A stretch of DNA of 64,000 nt from the human T2T-CHM13v2.0 reference genome, Homo sapiens. This document shows, one piece after another, positions 30,667-43,797 of the stretch (the stretch's first letter is position 1; the number at the start of each line of letters is the position of its first letter). The stretch lies in assembly GCF_009914755.1 (NCBI RefSeq), contig NC_060928.1; one strand, 5' to 3'. Made by a program: the position numbers and the translations under genes. The notes under the pieces are model-generated. The model did not search any database. It had not been told where the DNA came from and saw nothing but the letters and a program-made list of their open reading frames with translations.

Positions 30667-30812
30667 TTTTTTTTTTTTTCGACTTTTATTTCAGGTTTGG
30701 GGATACATGTGAAGGTTTGTTACATAAGTAAACACGTGTCACGGGGTTTGTTGTAGATATTATCCCATCACCCAGGTATTAAGCCCAGTTCCCGATAGTT
30801 ACCTTTTCTGCT
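30667..30812 (-). mobile_element. L1 3'-terminal fragment (older L1PA/L1PB)
   Basis: Poly(T) then 'acttttatttcaggtttggggatacatgtgaaggtttgttacata..catcacccaggtattaagcc'. Confidence 0.88.
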
Positions 30813-31268
30813 TAAGTTAGAGACTCTTAAAATAGAATTGCCCTCAGTAAACAATGTAAAACATTGTAATGTATTACTTGGAATGGGTATGGCACGGAAG
30901 GGCTTTTTTTTAACCAAATAAATTCATCTGTGTGTGGTGTAATTTAGACTGGATTATATCTGAGAGCGATCTGGGAGGGTATCACAAAATTAGATCATGT
31001 ATTAAGTTTATGTTCGGTTTTATAATCCTGTAATTTTTATAAACAAAAAATGTATGTATAGATTTTTCTAAAATAATGACCTTGAACTATCAATGGTGCT
31101 AGGTGACATTAGGTCACAGCCTCTGCCCTCGTGAGGTTTATGTTAGCTTAGGAGTATGTGAGAGAGACACAGACAGACAGACAGAAAGAGAAAAAGAAAA
31201 CAATAATTACAGAATAGTGTGATGTATACATAGGAAAGAATCATTTTAATCAGCAAGCAATTTTTTAA

Positions 31269-31975
<707 letters not shown>

Positions 31976-32429
31976 CATGTACTTCCTCTATCCACAATGA
32001 TGCATAAATATATGTGCATACTCATAAATCGTGTTCACAAAGTCAGAAAATCCTGAAAAACACATTCTATATGACTATATCATGAAAACACCTGAAATTA
32101 ATAATTATTATCTAAATTTATTTGTCAATAAAGATATGTTAAACTATTTGCAAAAATATCTTAGTACATATGGATTCTTTTGAAATGGTTGATATTATAA
32201 ATTGTAAAGGGTTAATATAAAAGTTTGTGTGATTTCTATGTTCTGTCCACTGCATAAAGGATTTGATCTATGCACGGCTATTGCCACTATAGACAACTAC
32301 CCATCTGACAACACCACTGCACTAGTCACCAATGAATAATTCTTCCTTTCTAAACAATCAAAACAAAGTACTTATAGTAATACATTTAATTTCAAAGATT
32401 TTTGACATTCAACCAAAAATGCTTGGTCT

Positions 32430-32866
<437 letters not shown>

Positions 32867-33812
32867 CTGAGAACCAACACAAGTGTTTTGGGAATGGGTG
32901 AATGGAATGATGGTTGGAAACAGATGGTCCAGATTGAAGAATTTGCTCCATAATTAAAAACAATTCAATCATCTTTATTTATCACACTTCCATTTCTTTA
33001 TCTTGGACTGCCAAAGAATACATTCAAAATACTCCCCAAAATGTATTCATATTATCAAAGCCTAAAAGTCAGGTGAACCCCAATAAGTTGCCAAGCATAG
33101 ACACATACTGCCATCCCTGGGTGGGCCTAGGAATTAGTGTGTCTGCAGCCCCTGAATCCAATGTGCCAGGGATAAGCAGCACTCCCTCTAGCTTGGCCAC
33201 TCCTGTCCTTCCCTAGTCATGGAGGTTACTGATAAAACTAGGCTTCCATATACTTCTCTGTGCTATAGATTGTCTTCTAACATTGTTGGACACCTGATGG
33301 CTTGACTTGGGTTGGGTCCTCAGCTCTTGCTACGTACTCAGTTCCTGGCATCCACAGCCCCAGCTAACTCTTGCTGGCCATCTGGATTTCTCTTGAAGCT
33401 CTGCCCTCCTGCCTCTCTCCTGCTCTCACCACCAGGTAGGAATGATGTCCCTACCTCACCCCCTTCCCTCCTACTTGGATAGTTGCCAGGACAGGACTGA
33501 AGCTCACTAAGCCTTTCGTATACAGCACATTGCTTGACTGCCCCCTACAAAGAGTCCAGACCTCATCAAACACACCCAGATCCTGCTTCCTCCTCCTCCC
33601 TGCCTGCCCAGGCTGTAGAGGACCCAGTAGGCTCCTGCCCAAGGTCATCTGAATTAGGACAAAATTAAGGACCAGTGCTTTTGGCAAGCAGTGGACATGA
33701 TTGGATATCTAAAGAAAGAGCCCTAAGTCTTCATCATGTATCAGATTCCACAAAGCATTTGGTTTTTGGGGGGTGAAATAATTTAACACCTTTAAAAGTA
33801 AAGAGAACTCAC

Positions 33813-33950
33813 CTTTAGAAATGATTTCAGATGTGGGTCATTTATTATTGTGAAATAAATATGTCTATTGTGGGTGGATTTTTCCATAGGGTAAATCAAA
33901 GAAAGAATCACCTAGCTATTACACTAGCCTTTTAGATTTACTGTAGACAT
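33813..33950 (-). ncRNA. Candidate internal exon of a divergent lncRNA
   Basis: Minus-strand acceptor ataatttttcacag| and donor aag|gtgagt bracket 138 nt; motif evidence only. Confidence 0.3.
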
Positions 33951-34643
33951 CTGTGAAAAATTATGAATTGGCCTTTATTACAAGACTTTGTTTTCAAACC
34001 TTTATTTCTGTTCCAATGTAAATGATAATCGAACTTTACTGGAGAAAAGACCCATGATTTTAAATATAGTTTTATGTCAGCTTATAGTTTTACATCAGAG
34101 TCCATATAGCTGTTAGAAAGTTATGTGCTACTGACAAAATAACAGTTGGCAAAACATAAGACAAAATCTACAATTTTATTCACAGGATCTAACTAATGTA
34201 CCATTATTATTACCAATTGATCTCAGTGTGCTATAATTTTGGTAACAATTTCTCTGATATGCTTTTAAAAATATATATATATTTACAAATAAAGGTATAA
34301 TTTTTAAGAGTCAGTCTAAACAGACTAGATTCTAGAGGGACAGACATATATTGACCTACGACAATCCCTAATTCCGGTGTTTAGGAATGTTTGTTAGCCA
34401 TTTTTTTCCTCTATAAGATTACAGCTCTCAGAGGATACTAATATTGGCCTATTTGTTTCCTGACCTCTTGAGGTAATTTGAAAACACAGGAGAAATCGAG
34501 GACTATCCCTTTTTTTATTTTGCTCCTTCTCAAATCCACAAGTTATCAATTTTTAAATGGAATATTATGTTTCCAAATCTTTGGTGGGGCTTATCCTGAT
34601 AAATTTTATTTAAACGGTGAACTACACTCCTAACAACCAGCTT

Positions 34644-34972
<329 letters not shown>

Positions 34973-34997
34973 TGAGTCAATACTGTCTAAATATTTA

Positions 34998-35218
34998 GAG
35001 AAATGGTTAAGCGGCAGGCTCCTGAGTCCATCAAACCTGGAACTGTGTTTAGGCCCAAGCACTCTGTAACTATGTGGGCACATGATTAACTTCTCTAAGC
35101 TCCAGTTCTTCATCTATAAAATGGGATGATATTACTCTTCTCATATGAGATTAGAAAATTAAATAAAAATGGTGTGTATCAAATGCCAGTCATAAAATGA
35201 AGTGCTTAGTGTTAGCTT
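34998..35218 (+). mobile_element. MIR
   Basis: 'ttaacttctctaagctccagttcttcatctataaaatgggatgata'. Confidence 0.8.
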
Positions 35219-36471
35219 TAATCATAATCATCTATTTAGTATAGCTATGAGTGTTTGATTTTGATTTTGTATTAGCACCTCTGACAATGTGGATTTGGTA
35301 CTTAATAATTAGCGGGAAAGGTAATAATCTCAGTGTCGGTTACAATTCGATTTTTCTTCAAGGTTTTTGTCCTAAGGAGAGAGAGGTCAGAAGCATTCTT
35401 AATATGAAGCTAAGTTGGTGCCAGTTTGAAGTAACAGCTCATTTGTGGACTTTTTATTTTTTTTTTTAAATACAATTTGCTTTGATTTGGTTTGGTTCAT
35501 GCATTTTTAAAAATCTTCCTCGTGGTGTTCGGTCATTAGATTTTTATGCCTAAAGAACTGAATTCAGTTTTAAGTAAAATTCATTTAATATTGCAAGTAT
35601 GATTCCACGTGGTTATTCATTCACAACATAAAATAGCCACATAATTCAATATATTTGATAGTGTCTGCTCATGGAACTGTGGGGAATTCCGCAGATCTTA
35701 GACAAGAATTGCTTAAGTTATAGAAGGCGATATCCATAATGCTAATTATCTCTGACATCATCGATATGGCAAACTATAGTAGAAGAAAACAGAAGTTGAA
35801 CGTGGGCCTCATTACACGTCTCTGTGGAACTCTTTGGTGGACTCCTGTATTTAAAAGACGGCAGTGATTTAATGTATGCATGGGGGTGTCCACAAAACTG
35901 TGTATCTTTTCTTGGGAAGATATATGTGGAAACCATCCTTCACTTTTCAACAATAGAAATTGTTTAAAACCATGTCTCTTCCTCTGCCTTTGCCCCATGG
36001 GCTGCTACTGCTACTGCTCAGCTTCGTTCAGTGTAAATCCTTGATTATTCTCAAAGGATCCCATCTTTGTCTAATTTGGAAATACATAATTAGTTTTGTA
36101 TTCAGAAAAGGTGGAACTAGATATACATGTAGAATACTCCAGTACACTCCAATATAAAATTTTGCCTAACCTGTATGTAATACTTATATCTAATTAGCAT
36201 TTTAAATGGAAATTTTAATAAATGCTATCAATCAGTGACCAATTTACATAGCATTCATCTGGGGAAATGAGCAGGTCAGAGGATCAGTCTTCTTGAGATT
36301 CATCTTGACCCAAACAATGGTTTAAGATCTTAAAACCTTTCATTCTTCCATTAGTGTGCTTATCTTTCTGCATTCGAACGTTCTAGTCCAAGTCCAGATT
36401 TGCTAACTTGTGGTTGTCAAAAATCAAGGAGTGCATTTTTGAAGCATAGACAAGCCCCCAGGTCCTAGCAC

Positions 36472-36604
36472 TTTTTTTTTTTTTTTAAGAGACGGAGTCT
36501 CCCTATATTGCTCAGGTTGGTCTTGAACTCCTGGGCTCAAGCAGTCTGCCTGCCTCCATCTCCCAAAATGCTGGGATTAGAGACATGAGACATGCCGCCC
36601 AGCC
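36472..36604 (-). mobile_element. FLAM (free left Alu monomer)
   Basis: Single antisense monomer with its own poly(T). Confidence 0.9.
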
Positions 36605-38789
36605 TCTTGGCAAATTTTAACCGTGTAATGTTCTGCCAATTTAATTCTTCAAAGATTCCAATTGAACAACATCATCTTCATCCTCTGCCCTAGTTATATG
36701 GTGTTTATTTGCAGTTACTTCAGGTGACCCCCCACCCCCCTCAGAAGACACATGCATTGCATTGATTTGTGAAATGATCCTTTTCAAAACATTAAGACTT
36801 AAGGAAGATATTTGCTTAAGAGCTTAGAAGTTTTGCAGTGCCCAACAACATACCTATTGTTCTATTTTTTGACCCAATTTACTAAAGAGAAAGAATTTCA
36901 AAACCCTGAAATAACTTCAAAATTTATACAGTGTCAAAGGAATGTCTAAATTTTAAATAACCGCCTTGTGTTTAAATAATTTCTATGATATCTTCATAGT
37001 GTCCCAATTAAAGGGTGAATATATTGATCATTAACGGAGGAATAGACAGGCTGGTTGTGACGTTGTAATAGAGTGTGTTTGTGAGTCACGATTTTAGAGA
37101 CCCAGAGTTAGTGATAGAAAAAAAAAAAAACTAAGGTGTGGAGACTGCTTAAACCCTGAGCGGCGTTAGATATTTCCATGTATGAGGATGGATGTCTTAG
37201 ACGTAATGGAAAATGAGAAAGAAAAGTATCTACAAAGAGGTAGAAGAGCTGTATTCATATTCTTGTAGCATTGGGTATAAAAAGCGACGAAAGTCAAGGT
37301 AAAGGTAGTATGTTCAAGAAGATAAGGAAATTACTGTTGTTGTTGAATCATGGGAATGAGGAAAGCATTTTGTCTTTACTGGAGGAAAGACCGTGGGGGA
37401 AGAGAGAAATTCTAATTGCAGTCTGCTAATCTTACTGATAAATGAAAAGAGAACACTGATCCTTCCTTTCTTAAAGTATTAATTTTTTGGTTTGGGTCTG
37501 TATTTAGAAGGTAGTTAAAATATGGAATGAGAGCTGATAAAGATATGTTGTTGATACTGGTATTGTGATGTAAGGTGCTTCATGTTTTCCTTGTTTCTTT
37601 ATAAAAATGAGAGGTTTGGAGGGATTGGAAGAAAGCACCGGTGAATCTAAAAATTCACGAACATTCAGTCATTCAATTCTCAGTTTAATGGAGGAAGAGG
37701 CTGGAGGGGATGGAATGTTCTGGAAGAAAAATTAAAGGAAGGACGTTGGACTGGAAGCAATGCAAAAATAATGATAATAGTGGATCTGGAGGGGAAAAAA
37801 CACAATTTTTTATAAAAATTTAAGTGATGCAATGTTGAAGTATGTTTTATTTAAAAGTAAAGCTAGTTAGAACACCACATGAGCTATTCCGGATCAGGGC
37901 TGTCCAGCCCTGGTATATCATGGAGAGTGGCTCGGGCCACTTGCACACATGCCTTCAGCCCCTGGTACCGTCTTCTCTCCCCGGGTCGCGACACTGACTC
38001 GTCAGCGTTAATGGGGGTCCGCGACTGCTGCGGGGACGAGGGCGCAGAGCAGCCCCCGCCACGGGCCGGTCCACGCAGGGGCCGAGAAAGTGGCGGAGAG
38101 GCGGTGGCCGAGGCCCAGGGGCGAGCGAGGGCTGAGCTGGTCCCTGCTGCGTTCACGAGCGACACCCACCCCTTCGCTGCGGACGCCCCGCGGGCGCCAG
38201 GCTGGGGGCCCTGCGACCGACCCCTCCCGCCCCCGAGGTACCGCCGGGCCCGCCTGGCAGGCAGCGCGTCCCGCGAGCTGGAGGGCCGAGTTTCGCGGGG
38301 CCGTGGGGCGTGTGGGTGAAGGCGACACCTCGGATGCGGGACGCATGAATGGTGGCAGAGCAGGGGTCGGGATCCGTTCATGGGTTGGGAGAGAGATGCT
38401 TTTGTGAGCACGGGAAAGTAGCGCTGCCGGAGAACAGCTCTGAGGCGGGATCAAAAGCCGCCGGCGAAGCCCCGCCGAGGAACACGGCCGCTGCCCGGGG
38501 CGGCTCGCGAGCGTGCGTGTGTGGAGGGGAGGATGCCGCCCCGCGGGGTCTTCGGAGCGTGCCGGGAGCGGGTTCTCAGTGCAGTTCCCCCGTCTTCGCT
38601 GGGGGCACGGCTGCTCACAGGCCCCGGCCCGCGTGTGTGGAGCGGGGCGAGGGGGTGAGGCGAGGGGGTGAGGCGGCGGCCGAGCCGGGGCGCTGGGCGC
38701 GGGGCTGGCGGGAGGCGGCGGTGGCGGCCCGGCGCGAAGGGGTTAAGTGGCGCACCGCCCCCTCGGCGGCCGGGTGTAAACAGAGGAGC

Positions 38790-38928
38790 CTCAGCCTATC
38801 ATGTCTGGCCGCCGCGCGCAGCCCGAGCCCGGAGCCAGGCGCTGTAACACGATACGCTCCAGACCCAGGCAACTTGGCAGCGCTGGGCTCGGTTCCTCAC
38901 GGCCACAGCGAGGGCGCGCCGCGGCAAG
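38790..38928 (+). other. Putative first exon 1a (start approximate)
   Basis: Ends at tandem donors aag|gtgggt (38929) and tgg|gtgagc (38933). Confidence 0.55.
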
Positions 38929-39019
38929 GTGGGTGAGCGGCGGCGGCGGCGGCCTGGGGCGGGCTGGCGGAGCGCGGCTCCCGGTGAGGCTCCCCGCGCG
39001 GCAGGGTCGCTCGCTCGCT

Positions 39020-39030
39020 CCGGGGACCGC

Positions 39031-39072
<42 letters not shown>

Positions 39073-39281
39073 TCCGCTCCGCTCCGGAGCCGGTGGCTCC
39101 GCTTTTCTCCCTTGTGGTGTCGGAATGGGAGGAGGCTCGGCGCGGGTTTGAATCGGTGCGGAGGCAACATTCGCATCTGAGATGAGGTGGCTTTTTAACC
39201 CCTGAGGGACCACATTTAAGGATTTCGAAGAGATGGAGGCTGAACTTTCTCGATGACTCTTCGTCACCCGGAGTGGTGCAG
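39020..39281 (+). other. Putative alternative first exon 1b (start approximate)
   Basis: Donor cag|gtagcc at 39282 coincides with the end of the CpG island and the switch to T-rich intron-like sequence. Confidence 0.4.
39031..39072 (+). repeat. Interrupted (GGC/GGT)14 trinucleotide repeat ending in (GGC)7
   Basis: GGC GGT GGC GGT GGC GGT GGT (GGC)7; a further (CGG)5 at 38938-38952. Confidence 0.95.
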
Positions 39282-42200
39282 GTAGCCGCGGGGAGAATGG
39301 AGTCTTTTGTTCCCGGTATTTTTAATTAGATGGATTTTTTTTTATGAGTAGTGTACTGTCCTAATCCGTGAGGCAAAGCTGCCCTTTTGCCTGCATTCGG
39401 TGACTTTTACGAATTCGTTGGGAGCTAGTCTTAGCAGTAGTGATTTTGGATAATTTATGTCTGAAATGTGCAAAAATCGGCATTGAGCTTAAATTAATAA
39501 GCCCTTTGGTTCCATTAACTAAAATCCATCATACTAATTGCTTAATGGGGGAAAAGGTACAAAATAAGCTTGCTCATTAAAGAGCAGTCTTTTGCCTGCG
39601 AAATACGTAGTGTGATTTTTGTCAGGTTTAATAGAGCAGTCTCTCAGAGAAATTCAACTTTGCAGTTGTGCTTCGATGCAGGCTACTCCTGTGCAAAGAT
39701 AGTTGGAGATGGTTTGGAAAAACTTGTGCTGTATCTGTTGAAGTAAAAATCATTTGCCATTGATGTGTGTAGTTCAATAAAACAAAGATCTGTGGCAGCT
39801 GTGGGAATGAGAAAGTCACATTTCCTCCCTCTCCTGTGCTGGCGTCTCTGTCTCTCTGGAATATCTTATAAATGATATATACAGCTATATGTGCCTGTGT
39901 CACAAAGTCATTCTGTCTTCTGAAAGCCTAATATAATCAAATTCAGTGCCTTAAGATGGTGTAGTTGAAGATTTGATCCCCTTCCACTAAAGTGGAAATA
40001 CTTTCAGTAATTGAAAGCAGATTCACGTCTGGAGTTGTACAAGCCAAGGTTTTCATTTTTAAAATAAACCTTTTGTTCTCTGGTTTTAAATGTTTCAGAG
40101 AGCCATCCAAAGACCTCTGTGTGCTAATTGTTAAAGTAGTACTTAAGAAAGGATTGCAAATACCCAGAGAAGGCATTTAAGAAATCAGCTAACTTAACTA
40201 AGCCTCCCTCTCAGCCGAATATTTTAGTGCAGCATGTACTGGTCTGTGCCCCACATTGTTTTGTTTTTGTTTTTTTTTTCCAGCGGACTCCCAGGTATTA
40301 AAATGCGACTGCAGCGTTCAAAACACTCTAGGCAGAGGCCATCTGCTATAAGAGGTTAAAAAACTTGAGAAATGTTGGTGTTATCCCATTTTATACTGTG
40401 ATTTACACAATGTGATGATGAATTTGAGATCCGCTATAAAGTATGTTTAATTTAAAGAGGTGGTGATTATACATTAACTGAGAGACTGAAACTCACAAAC
40501 ATATGAATGCAGGTGGTTCACCTGGTTCCTTTCTCTCATCTTCAGAGACTAAGTGTTAAAAAGCTTTAAAAAATTGGCTGTGAAAGACTGAAATTAGGGT
40601 ACATTCTAGACAAAGAGGGAGTCACTTGATCTCTTATTAGCTGTGAAGATAGAGAAGAATAGTGCTGTATAAGAGCGTTACCTTCCTTCTTCAGGACATG
40701 ATATCTAAAATGAGTTGTTTAATTATGAGGAAAAAGTTAAAAGAGTTGTACTTTTAACAATGACAGTTGACATCAGGAAAAGATAGAAAGGCGCATTCCA
40801 AATGTTTTTAATGACTAGTTTCTTAACCTGTTGTATTGATCATTAATAAGATGTGAATGGACGTATTTCCAGAGTATGACATGGCAGTTTGATTTCTTAG
40901 AAACTGCTCGGTAGCCCTGCATTTTACCTTGTTTTCTTGCCTTCTCAGTAGTTTATCATTGCAGCACATTATAGTAAATATGGCCATAATTCAAATGATA
41001 TTCTTGTTATTATGTAAAAGCCCTCTTTTATAAAAAAATATTTAAAGTATTCAGCAGATTTTTAATTACCAAATAAAATCATACTAAATTTTGGCTGTTG
41101 CGTCACGTTTCTTAGATAGCAGTGGCCTAGTGTGGGGCATAATAGAATTTAATTCTTCTCGAAGATTTAGAAAAAGAAAAGCGACTTCACATGGACTCTT
41201 CTACTGATGTCTGAACACTGATTTTCAGTGTAATATCCTTGTCTAAACATTTAAACTAAAGCTTTTTGTGGCTTCTATTTACTGTTAGTTTTTATGTTCC
41301 TACATATTTTTACTTGGTTAAAGGGGTGCACAGGATCTTCTGGCATCTGGAATAATACATTCAATTTTTCACGGGACTCCTTTCTTTCATAACGTAGGCA
41401 AGTGGCAAAGGAGGCACTGTCTAAATACAGTGATCCTGATAATTAATGCTGTAAAATAGATTAAAATGCTGTATTTCAGGTATTCATTCCCTTAAAAGGG
41501 CCACCAGAACAGCGTTGCTAAGCACCCGTCACTACTGCAAGTAACAGAAAATGACCCAAATTAAAGAACCTGTTCTAAGCTGTATTCTTGCATTTTCTAA
41601 AGTTCATTTCAAAAGATTTAACAAGACTCATTCAATTAGTGGGGAAAAAAGATCTGTTTTCAGCTCTGATCAGCAATTAAGAGACTGGGCTTTGGAACAT
41701 CAGTTCTTTATGTTTATAATTTATTTCGTTTGGTAGGCTTTACTTTAAACAATTGTGAATAAAGATTTTTAACAAGCCACCTTTCTAGCAATCCAGATGT
41801 AAATGCTAAATACAGGACAATATATTTGTTTTAAATTTTTATTAAAATGAGTTATTTTATAGTAACTTTGCCTCATTTAAAGAAAGTTTAAATTTCACAC
41901 TAATATGATATATTAATGCTTTATTATGGATTTCTTACTCTGTGAAAATCTATATGTATACATGCACACATACAGACATATGTAGTTTAGATTAAAGGAT
42001 GGCTGTAATTATTCTATCTTATCATAGATGTGAGTGCTTTAGCACCTAACACTTGAGAAATAGGATGTTCTTCCTTAAGGATATTTGAATGTTGTGGGAA
42101 AATGGTACCATGAAGGAGATAGAATGGTTTGGTGAAGAAAGTAAATAAATAAATTATTAGGAGCAGAAGTTTTCTTTTTAGATTTTTTTTTTGGCAGGGG

Positions 42201-43687
42201 ACGGGGGGCGGGGGGGTGTCCAGTAAACTGTACCCTTCTGGGTTAGACCAGAACTTCTAAGTAGTTGTGGCCAAATGGTTAGATCTTTCAGTGGCCTGGT
42301 TCTTAGCTAACACAACTGCAGTCACAAATACAAGCTGCGGAACTTCCTGGCAGAGAGAAAGGAATGAAAGGATAAGGGCTATTAGAGGAGTGGGAGAGAG
42401 GAGCAGGCGGGTTCCCAAAGGTTCAGATTAGGATCATTAGTGAAATTTTTTGCTGGATCACTTTGATCTAGACAAATCTAAAGCATATAAATATGGATTT
42501 TAAGTTATGAATGATAAGTGCTATTTTGGCTATAATCACGTGAAGTGATTCATATCCAGAAACATTGACTGTTTTAAAGCCCAAGTAACACACTTCTTTA
42601 TTCTAAAGAGATGTTTTGCATTAGAAATTTATTATGCTTAGATTTATCAATTTGGTATGACAGATAGTTCTAGCAATAGATAATGTGCAATAAATAAAAG
42701 TTGTATAACTCTTGTTGGAGTTTTGTCTGAGATGAAAAGTTATTCTAATACTCATTTTTGCATAAGGCCTTTTGACCTGAATTGAGTTCTCTTGTTGGGT
42801 ATTTGGAATACCTTGTCTTCTGATATGTCCGAGTTTGGTTTTCCCTATAAAGAATAACAATGTGTGTACTATAGAGATTATTTTTATATGTGTATATATA
42901 TATATATATATGCATACATATATAGCAGGTTTGAAAGGATGGTATTTTCATATTTAAGAAACCAGTTGTTTTAGGATTGTTGTTTATACATTGATTTTTG
43001 TTACAGACCCAGCTCTTCAGTTGAAATCCTATGTATTTAAGTTTTGAAATGTCTACTCTTAATTTTTACTGTTGAAAGTAAAAATTTTACTATTGGCAGT
43101 TGTTTTGCAGGTTGAAAACCACTACCTTTTTGGTCTCCCAGAAACAGTTTATGCCACAGATGTTATGTTGGTACGATGGTAAATTCATTTTACAAGGGAG
43201 GAATAATAATTGAAAAGTACACGCAAATATTTGTGGGCATGTCACATTTAAATAATAGTTAAATTTGGGAAACGACATACTATAGTATTTAAAAGAAAAA
43301 CAGAGTTTCTCTCTTAAATGTTATCATTCCCCTCACTTAATATTAAATAGTGTTTGACATAAATGTCTTGGTTTGTACATTGAGGAGGCAGAATATATTA
43401 CAAAATGTAACAAAATGACTAATATGGAACTAACATAAAAAACACTTTAGTCTTTTGTGGTTATATATATTAACTTAAAATTTGTAAAAAATTAAAACGA
43501 TGTGTGGAAGTTTCAGTGAGTTGTTTTCATCCTGGTTTGTGCACAGTGCCTTTTTTTCCTTAACCTTAAACTGCAGGGAGAGATGGGGCCTGCTGTCTAG
43601 AGACCTGTAAAATGTAATCTGGATCTCTTTTTATGCCTTTTCTTTTAAATAAAACAAAATTACCTTATATAACAAGTTTAACATTGT

Positions 43688-43797
43688 TAACCTTTTATAA
43701 TTATCTAACCATTATTTCATTTTACCTCCTGCTTCAAAGTTGTAACCTTTTATAATTATTTAACCATTATTTCATTTTACCTTCTGCTTCAAAGTTG
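43688..43797. repeat. 55-bp tandem duplication (2 copies, 2 mismatches)
   Basis: taaccttttataattat(c/t)taaccattatttcattttacct(c/t)ctgcttcaaagttg x2. Confidence 0.95.

Larger units (their letters stand above)
37965..39295 (+). promoter_or_regulatory. CpG-island promoter of a + strand gene (identity not established; RASSF8-like layout is an unverified recollection)
   Basis: Abrupt ~1.3 kb GC- and CpG-rich block in AT-rich DNA; GC boxes; forkhead motif TGTAAACA at 38775-38782; G-skew on +; + strand splice donors near the 3' edge. Confidence 0.92.

Noticed and set aside
38750-38770. Possible CTCF site (accgccccctcggcgg)
   Set aside because: Several core mismatches; better read as a GC box
37879-38936. 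Long overlapping ORFs on both strands of the CpG island (up to 195 aa)
   Set aside because: Stops are scarce in GC-rich DNA; the Arg/Gly/Ala/Pro-rich translations show no recognisable domain
40412-40489. Intronic GTGATGA ... CTGA pair with C/D-like spacing
   Set aside because: No terminal stem or convincing D' box
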